Assembly: GCA_964016885.1 (NCBI GenBank)
Contig: OZ024747.1
Span: forward strand, 73,346,001-73,410,000
DNA: 64,000 nt
Origin: Eledone cirrhosa
Lineage: Eukaryota
Reading direction: 5' to 3'
Shown: in pieces, positions 55,701 through 64,000 of the stretch
Layout: each line of letters opens with the position of its first letter
Numbering within the stretch: position 1 is the stretch's first letter
Program-made: the position numbers and the translations under genes
Notes under the pieces: model-generated
The model's input: the letters and a program-made list of their open reading frames with translations, nothing else
The model's database searches: none
Told to the model about the DNA's origin: nothing

Positions 55701-56294
55701 ATGTTACGAATTTGTTTCATTTAATGTGCAAATTATGAGAAAATAAATGAGGAAAGTATTCAATACACCCTCTCTTTCTCTCTTTGAAGTACTTAGAATC
55801 TGATATATTTTGATGTAAAGTAAACAGGATGTGTACAGTCAACCAATTGTTTGACTGTATGGAATCTTGCTTAATATATTTAATCCGGTTTCCTTCATAT
55901 TAGATTAACTGTCACACATATACATATATGTGCTTGTCTAAGTGCATGCATGATTTATATATTTGATACATAAAAATATTCTTTACTGCCAATCGTTATG
56001 TCTTTCTAAAAATCGATAAATCTCTCTATAGAGTTAGAAGCAACCTGTTAATCAACCAGGTAATCATTCAATAATGTATTCGTTGATCTGTGTATCCACG
56101 TCTCCGTATGCCTATAAGCCTATCTATATATTTATACATTTATCACTGTGTGTATTTATCTGACTTTCCCCTCCAAATTTCTGGTGCTTCTAAATTCAAT
56201 CAACATTACATAAAAAATGTTGACATACTTTCAAAATACGTAACTGACTTTTATAAAACCGTTTGTCAAATAAGGTGTCAGTCACTGATTGGGA

Positions 56295-56368
<74 letters not shown>

Positions 56369-56708
56369 ATATATATATATATATATGACTAAAATCCGAA
56401 GAGGCCTCGATAAGGATATATATATACAAATATATAAAAATCGTACACCAAATATTTATTAAATATATATATATAAAGATCCTGAAGCTATGTTCATTTT
56501 TAATCATTCAATCTTCTCTCTTTTCGCTTAGTTTTGATATATGAGAAACTCGGATTTCGTCGTTGAATTTAGTGAACAGATATTTTAATATTAATAGTTG
56601 ATTAGTTTGGAAGTTTGGAAGTACAATTATTTGGGAAACAGGAATTATTTTTAATTACAAAGTTCATACGGTGAAGACAGTTGGAACAATGAGACAGGAT
56701 AGTGGTGA

Positions 56709-56852
56709 ATGTTGTAGCTATTGTTCCTGTTGCTATGACTGCTCCTGGTATTTTTGTTGTTGCTATTGTTCCCGTTGCTATGACTGCTCCTGGTATTTTT
56801 GTTGTTGCTATTGTTCCCGTTGCTATGACTGCTCCTGGTATTTTTGTTGTTG
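56709..56852. repeat. 45-bp tandem repeat, about 3 copies
   Basis: ATGACTGCTCCTGGTATTTTTGTTGTTGCTATTGTTCCCGTTGCT. Confidence 0.92.
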
Positions 56853-56894
56853 TAGGTATCACTTCTTTTCTTGTTGTTGTTTAACCCAAGTTAC

Positions 56895-56948
56895 CTCTGG
56901 TGGAGCGTTCTCGTGATTAAAGACATTCAACAATAACCGTATCTTCTG
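56895..56948 (-). CDS. Candidate micro-exon (51/54 nt, phase 0-0) (Q)KIRLLLNVFNHENAPPE
   Basis: Minus strand ctctattctatatacatTAGCAG acceptor (NAGNAG) and GAG|GTAACT donor; frame-compatible with exon 28-126. Confidence 0.5.
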
Positions 56949-57399
56949 CTAATGTATATAGAATAGAGTGTACTATGAGGGAGACTTGTTACTCTGAAGG
57001 GAAATTGTAGGTAAACTAAACAGGTAAACTAAACAGGTAAACTAAACAGCAAGAAACAAATGTCTATTTATCTTTTTCAAATTGCTAATGTGTATATTAA
57101 ATGGATTTTCTTCTATTTAAACGAATCTTATATATTGCCGTGGAAATTGCGTTATGTTTAGGAAGCAACAATATTTTACCCATGTAAATGTCGATAAAAT
57201 TACTTGTCAGTATTCCATGTAATAAGATTTATTGTTAAGAACATAATTAATTGTCAGATTTAGTTAATACCGTTAAATTAATTCACATTAATTATTAATG
57301 TGTCCTTATAAATATTATATACACTGATAACCGTACCTTAACTAGGTATTATAATTATCATTTCCTTGAGAATAGTATTTAACATAAATATAGATCCAA

Positions 57400-57588
57400 A
57401 TAATTGTTTCTACGTTAGGCACAAGGCCAGCAAATATCCAGTGCATTACAGGTACTTTATTTTATCGACCCCGTAAGATTGAAAGGCAAAGTCAACCTCG
57501 GCGGGATTTGAACTCAGATCGTAAAGGGACGTAACTATGCTGGACAGCATGGCGTCCGACCCTCTACCGAAACTGCCAATCCACCGCA
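57400..57588 (-). mobile_element. SINE family B, full length
   Basis: tRNA-like head, GAGTTCAAATCCC B box, conserved core, GCCTTGTGCCTAACGTAGAAACAATTAT end. Confidence 0.88.
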
Positions 57589-57719
57589 AATAATGAAACT
57601 TCAGACCTAGTATAAAAATATATATAGTTAAACTTAATAGTGAAACGAAATTATTTAAATTTAGAATGAATATCTGATCAAATGAAATAGAAATACAAGC
57701 GATAATGTAACTCTCCTTT

Positions 57720-57903
57720 GGATATGTTACAGGTGGATATGTTACAGGTGGATATGTTATAGGTAGATATGTTATAGGTAGATATGTTACAGCTAGATAC
57801 GTTATAGGTAGATATGTTACTGGTACATATGTTACAGGTAGATATGTTATAGGTACATATGTTATAGGTACATATGTTATAGGTAGATATGTTACAGGTA
57901 GAT
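57720..57903. repeat. 15-bp tandem repeat GATATGTTA(C/T)AGGTA, about 12 copies
   Basis: Direct reading. Confidence 0.92.
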
Positions 57904-57917
57904 CTCCAACAAGCTAT

Positions 57918-58000
57918 CTGAGTTCAAATCCCACCGAGGTCAACTCTGACTCTCATCCTTTCAAGGTCGATAAAAATGTACCAGTGTAGTACTGGGGTTG
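57918..58000 (+). mobile_element. SINE family B fragment
   Basis: GAGTTCAAATCCCACCGAGGTCAAC...TCATCCTTTCAAGGTCGATAAAA. Confidence 0.75.
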
Positions 58001-58379
58001 ATTCTTCCTCTATACCTTTTTAACACTTCAATTCTCTCACTCTTCTGTGTTCAGACTTGGAGTGAAGATAAGCTCCACCAGGTTTAGATATGCCATAGAA
58101 ATACCGTATGTCGATACTGCGTCCCTACGATTCTTCCAGAGTTACGGGACCATGCATGGATCCTTTAATTAACTGTAAAGTCAAATTAAGCAAATATATT
58201 TGCCAATCATAATGCTATCACCACTGAAGTAATAAAGAATACTAAACAAGAAATATACTAAAACAAAGGAGAAAACAAGTATATTTAAACTCTTAAATAT
58301 TTCTTAATGAACATCTTGCATAAAAGTTCAAATTGTAAAAACTGGTATGTCTACATCTAACGTAATGTATGTGCGTGTG

Positions 58380-58511
<132 letters not shown>

Positions 58512-58945
58512 CTGTGTGTGCATATATATATATATATGTATCCATATATACATATGTATAGAGTTACTCCATCATACCCATCATGTATTCCTGTGGTCTG
58601 TGAGAGGAGTGCACATGCGCTCGACTGTGGGTATGTGAATGCGACCTTGTGGGCTTGCATGTGTGTGTATTTAAGTATATTGACATCTACCGCAAGTGTT
58701 TGTCTTCTCCCCAAAGTGTCAGTGTGTGTCTAACCTTATCTGCATGGATGATATATTTGTTTATGCTCTGATAACCTCCCACTAGCTTGCTAATGTATGG
58801 CTTATTTATGTGCATGTATATACATTCCTTCCCATTAATACGTTGTCTCTGCTTGTCTTTGTGCCCTGTGTGACGCAATATTACATTACACATCACGTGG
58901 TACTTACCCTTATATTCCTGCTTTCTACTGAGGGTGGCTTTATAC

Positions 58946-59033
<88 letters not shown>

Positions 59034-59101
59034 GTATACATACATATATATATATACATATATATACATATATATATACATATATATATACATATATATA
59101 C

Positions 59102-59132
<31 letters not shown>

Positions 59133-59133
59133 C

Positions 59134-59272
<139 letters not shown>

Positions 59273-59395
59273 GGAGGTGAGTTTTATTGTAGTACAATAA
59301 AGCAATGCAGATATCGGATAAGAAGCACTCTACAGTTTGTAGGACTGGAGTATACATAATATAAGATCAAAAGATGGTTAAAGGAGTTCCATGTA

Positions 59396-59462
59396 TTTTA
59401 TTATGCGCATTTCAAAAACAAACATCATCATGCAATAATATTTGTGTTTTCATCAGATAAAA
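59396..59462 (-). ncRNA. Type I hammerhead ribozyme, inverted-arm copy
   Basis: Reverse complement of 62781-62847. Confidence 0.8.
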
Positions 59463-59871
59463 CAGGAGAACATGATATGAAGGCTAAAAAACACTTGTGG
59501 ATAGTGCAGTTTTAAATCAACATATGAAAAGTGGTTTTAGATTGATGTGTGATATTGGGAAAAATATTTTATTTAGAGAGGGGGTGGCGGAAAGGATGAA
59601 AAAGGGAAGGAGATGAGAGGGAGAGATGGGTGATAGAGAGAAAGAGATAGTTTTTATAACTGAGAGGAGATATATTGTTTTACATAGAGAAGTTGAAAAC
59701 CGTTGGAAGATAATGTATAAATTAAAAAAAAAAAAAAAAAATTTTTGAAAATTAACGAAGGGAGGATATGTGCGAGGAAAAAATATTTTATTTAGGGAGG
59801 AGGGGGGGGGGAAGGATGAAAAAAGGGGGAGGAGATGAGAGTGAAGGTGGAGAGGGAGAGATGGGTGATGG

Positions 59872-61731
59872 GAGAACTCCGAGGATAAATCTCAAGGATC
59901 ACAAAAACAATTTTCGCACTGAACTACCTGTTAGATTAATCGCCCCCTCTAAATCTGATCTGGGGGTTGTTAGTAAAGCCATCTTGGATAGAATTATCCC
60001 ACAGGTTAGTTCTAATTGCTCTTCTTTGAACCTAAATTTATGGTTTGGTACTTCTGAAGTGATTGGCTGGTTCAACAAATTGGATAATAAAAACAAACTA
60101 AAATTTATTCAATTTGATATTGCCAGCTACTATTCCTCCATTTCGCCTTCACTTCTCAATAATGCTCTATCTTTCGCACTTAAATATTCTGACATCACCA
60201 CAGATGAACTTCACATCATCCTCACCGCACGTAAAACCATCCTAGAGTTCAACAACGAATATTGGACCAGAGCCGATACCTCTAACAACTTCGACATCAC
60301 AATGGGAGCATCCGATTCATCCCAATTGACTGATTTAATTGGTATCTTCATTTTGAACTCTTTGAGTCGGAAAATTCCTCAACTTCGCGGTGGAATTTAT
60401 CGTGACGATGGACTCTTTACTATCCTAAATTGCAATATAGTTAACCTTAATATTATTAAGAACAATATACGTAATCTCTTTAACCAACATAACCTAAAAA
60501 TTGAATTTGATAATAGTATCAAACTAGCTAATTTCTTGGATGTATCTCTTAATCTTGACACTGGCCTATATTACCCTTACCATAAAAACAATGAGAACCT
60601 AAATTATGTTAACTTTAAATCTAACCATCCTACCAATATCAAGAATGCTATAGTTAATAATATTGGAAAAAGAATATCTAACATATCTTCTAATAAAAAC
60701 ATCTTTGATGCTAACGCCAATTACTATAATAACGCACTTTCTAAAGCCGGCTATCCAGATAAAATCAAATATAGTAAAGAAACAAATTCTAGAAAAACTT
60801 ACAGTAGAATAATTAATCATGACCATTCCAATAATTTTAATAAAAGACCTAGATACAAAAACATAATCTGGTATAATGCTCCTTTCTCCATCTCTATTAA
60901 TAACAATATTCCTAAATTATTTTTTAGTGCCTTAAATAAATGCTTCCCTCCCTCACATATCTATAGTAAAATATTTAACAAACACACCATCAAATTTTCG
61001 TATTCTACATCCTCCAATATTTCCAACATCATCTCTAAACACAACAATAAAATACTAAATACTAAATCTCTTCCTTCCAATATTGAATTTCATAATAACA
61101 GTAATAGTACTCCCGACGTCATTGTAAACCCTAGCTAACTTCTGTAAACCCAAATACAACGTCAAACACAACTTCGCTAAATGTTCATAATCCAACTCTA
61201 AATCAAGAAACTATTATTCCTATTATTCCTATCGCAAACAACTTCTCCAATCCAATTCCTTCTATAGATAACACTAGGTCACTCATTAATAATCTCTCTA
61301 ATTGCAACTGCCGCATTAAAAATAAATGTCCTCTCAACAACCATTGTCTCGATAAAAACTTAATTTATGAATGTAAAATTATAACTAGCACCAATTCCTT
61401 CACCTATTTTGGCTCCACTTCCACCTCTTTTAAAGCTCGTCTCTATAATCATCATTCATCTTTCAAATACAAACTTAAAATAACCAACACTGCTCTCTCA
61501 GAACTCATATGGTCCTTAAAAGACAAAAACATTAAATATACCATCTTTTGGAAGAAGATTTCTTCTGCATCCTCATACTTGAACAGCTCTCTATCTAAAA
61601 TCTGTAATCTCTGCCTAAATGAAAAATTTACCATTATCTCTAACCTAGATTCTATAATAAATCGACGTACAGATTTGTTTTCTATCTGCCTGCATAAATT
61701 CCATAGAACTTTTCACAAAGTATACAGTTAA
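59872..61731 (+). pseudogene. PLE reverse transcriptase plus GIY-YIG endonuclease split by one frameshift at ~61135
   Basis: LKDHK, RLIAPSKSDLG, IQFDIASYYSSI, TMGAS, IYRDDGL, NFLDV; a second frame 61135-61731 (absent from the ORF track) reads CNCRIKNKCPLNNHC-LIYEC-YFGST-FKARLYNH-CNLCLNEK-INRRTDLFSICLH. Confidence 0.93.
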
Positions 61732-62780
61732 TATTCAATTCTTTATCAATTTAGAATCTTTTCTCAAAGGCACATATACATACATCTTTAAAATATACCC
61801 ATCTACCTTACTTTAAAGGGTATTATACACTCTATAATACTTGTTTACTCATTACCCTCATTCTATCTCCACCTTGTAAAATCATAACATATACATTTGT
61901 TGTTTTGACGTTAGAATATTCATCCGCAATCATTATTTTTTCTCTCTATCATAAATCTTTTTAATCTCAATTTCATCCTTAATTTATTATTTTTTTCTCC
62001 CCATCAACGAACTCATTATTAATACATATTAACTCTTTATTCGCATATATTATCAATTCCTTCAATATACAAACTTTAACTCCACATTATTTTTCTCAAA
62101 TCCTTCTACACACAAACCTTAATAATTTTTCTCTTCGTTAATTTTGAAATTGCCACAATATCTTATCAACATACATTTCTTTTTTTGACGTTAGAATATT
62201 CATCCACAATTATTATTTTTTCTCTCTATCTTCATACATAAATTCCCTTCGTTAATTTTCAAATTCCTTTAATTTATACATTATCTTCCAACGGTTCCCA
62301 ACCTCTCTATGTAAAACTATATATCTTTTTCTCAGTTATAAAAACTATCTCTTTCTCTCTATCACCCATCTCTCCCTCTCCACCTTCACTCTCATCTCCT
62401 CCCCCTTTTTTCATCCTTTCCACCCCCCCCCTCCCTAAATAAAATATTTTTTCCTCGCACATATCCTCCCTTCGTTAATTTTCAAACATTTTTTTAAAAA
62501 TTTTTTTTTTTTATTTTTAATTTATACATTATCTTCCAACGGTTTTCAACCTCTCTATGTAAAACAATATATCTCCTCTCAGTTATAAAAACTATCTCTT
62601 TCTCTCTATCACCCATCTCTCCCTCTCATCTCCTTCCCTTTTTCATCCTTTCCACCCCCCCCCTCTCTAAATAAAATATTTTTCCCAATATCACACATCA
62701 ATCTAAAACCACTTTTCATATGTTGATTTAAAACTGCACTATCCACAAGTGTTTTTTAGCCTTCATATCATGTTCTCCTG

Positions 62781-62847
62781 TTTTATCTGATGAAAACACA
62801 AATATTATTGCATGATGATGTTTGTTTTTGAAATGCGCATAATAAAA
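62781..62847 (+). ncRNA. Type I hammerhead ribozyme in PLE 3' pseudo-LTR
   Basis: UUUUAU-CUGAUGA-AAACAC...UGUUUUU-GAAA-UGCGC-AUA-AUAAAA; palindromic AUGCGCAU stem III; predicted cut after 62841. Confidence 0.82.
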
Positions 62848-62879
62848 TACATGGAACTCCTTTAACCATCTTTTGATCT

Positions 62880-62982
<103 letters not shown>

Positions 62983-63030
62983 TAAACAAATAATGAATAA
63001 ACAATTCCTTATATTAAACAAAAAAAGTTC

Positions 63031-63178
63031 ATTATTTAACGATCGTTTCTAGGATATATATGTGTTATAATTGGTATGCATATTCAACAGATCTATGTAC
63101 AAAATTATACAAAATTATACAAATTATCAAGATTAAATATACATACCAACACATATATACGCCGTCTTCAGAAATAAT
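63031..63178 (-). ncRNA. Type I hammerhead ribozyme in another PLE-like 3' end (family F13, terminus ~62977)
   Basis: AUUAUUU-CUGAAGA-CGG..AUAUAUGUG...CACAUAUAU..CCUA-GAAA-CGAUC-GUU-AAAUAAU; 7-bp stem I, palindromic stem III. Confidence 0.78.
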
Positions 63179-64000
63179 GAAGTATATTTATTGATAATAA
63201 CAACAATTCAAAATTTCAGGTCCGTTTGGGAACAAAATTGACCAATGAAAACACAAAGGGTTAAATGCAGTTCGGTGTGTGTATATACATGTAAAACCCT
63301 TACACATATTTTACAAAAATGTATGTATAATTTGTATACGCATACTAAAAGGATGGATGCAAATACAAAATTTCAAGGTTAATGTCTCTGTAAGTTTATA
63401 ATGCACCGATAAGATGCGTATTGACACAAGTATGAAATTAAGTATATAAATATATTTTTTCATACTCACACTTATCCGTACAATCACACATACACGCCCG
63501 TATATGCATAAATATACACATAACCACGAACATACAAACACACACACACCCCCACTCACATTTATATATGTGGATATAAAATCATAAGCACATGGATATT
63601 AATTCACTCCCATAAAACATTGGCACACACATTTTTAGATCAAGATACAGAAATTAGGTGGGAGGGGGGGAGGGGTCAGTATTCAACGGTCTGAGCAGAC
63701 TGCCTAATATAGATGTATCTATAAACTAAGAAAATAAAAAATAAATAAACATTAAAGAGGAAAGAATAGAAAGAAAAAAGAAAAAAGAAAAAAGAAAAAA
63801 GAAATATATCAAGAAAATATATATATATATATATATATACATATATATACACATACATATATATATATATATATACACACACACATATATATAATATACA
63901 TATATATACACATAGACACACACACACACATACATAAATATACACACATATACAAACACATACATACATATACACACATCCACACTAAGAACATACATAC

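Noticed and set aside
56602-56916. Cys-rich or Thr-rich small ORFs
   Set aside because: Products of a 45-bp tandem repeat lying inside the predicted intron
57400-57588. tRNA genes
   Set aside because: A/B-box heads continue into a shared SINE body; no cloverleaf
59768-59871. N-terminus of the 456-aa ORF
   Set aside because: The first ~35 codons come from the inverted pseudo-LTR; the RT is 5'-truncated
61126-61138. Programmed -1 frameshift at A AAC CCT
   Set aside because: Non-canonical heptamer, and a -1 slip runs straight into TAG at 61132; a 1-nt deletion or sequencing error is simpler
59872-61731. Selenoprotein-type Naiad (in-frame UGA for Cys)
   Set aside because: The conserved cysteines I translated use TGT/TGC, and the only interruption is a TAA with a frame change

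Overview
Very AT-rich, microsatellite-dense animal DNA. The SINE types and repeat landscape suggest a cephalopod (octopus-like) genome; this is inference only. No complete host gene is present. Two short minus-strand candidate exons (56895-56948 and 28-126) splice in frame, which would make almost the whole window one ~56.8 kb intron. The window holds relics of RTE, R4/Dong-like, CRE-like, Gypsy, Tc1 and Helitron-like elements and many tRNA-derived SINEs. The dominant signal is a population of Penelope-like retroelements (PLEs): four RT and/or GIY-YIG coding copies, one nearly intact, plus more than a dozen short non-coding fold-back or tandem elements, most abutting (TA)n tracts. About a dozen type I hammerhead ribozyme (HHR) motifs with intact cores can be read directly, plus many decayed ones. 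The fold-back elements share an architecture: short arm, turnaround (often at a ribozyme helix), long arm with a 50-95 nt tail. In several unrelated families the short arm stops 3-8 nt before an ACTC motif that usually opens an ACTC...GAGT hairpin. All calls were made by eye; coordinates may be off by a few bases and clade names come from recalled motifs.
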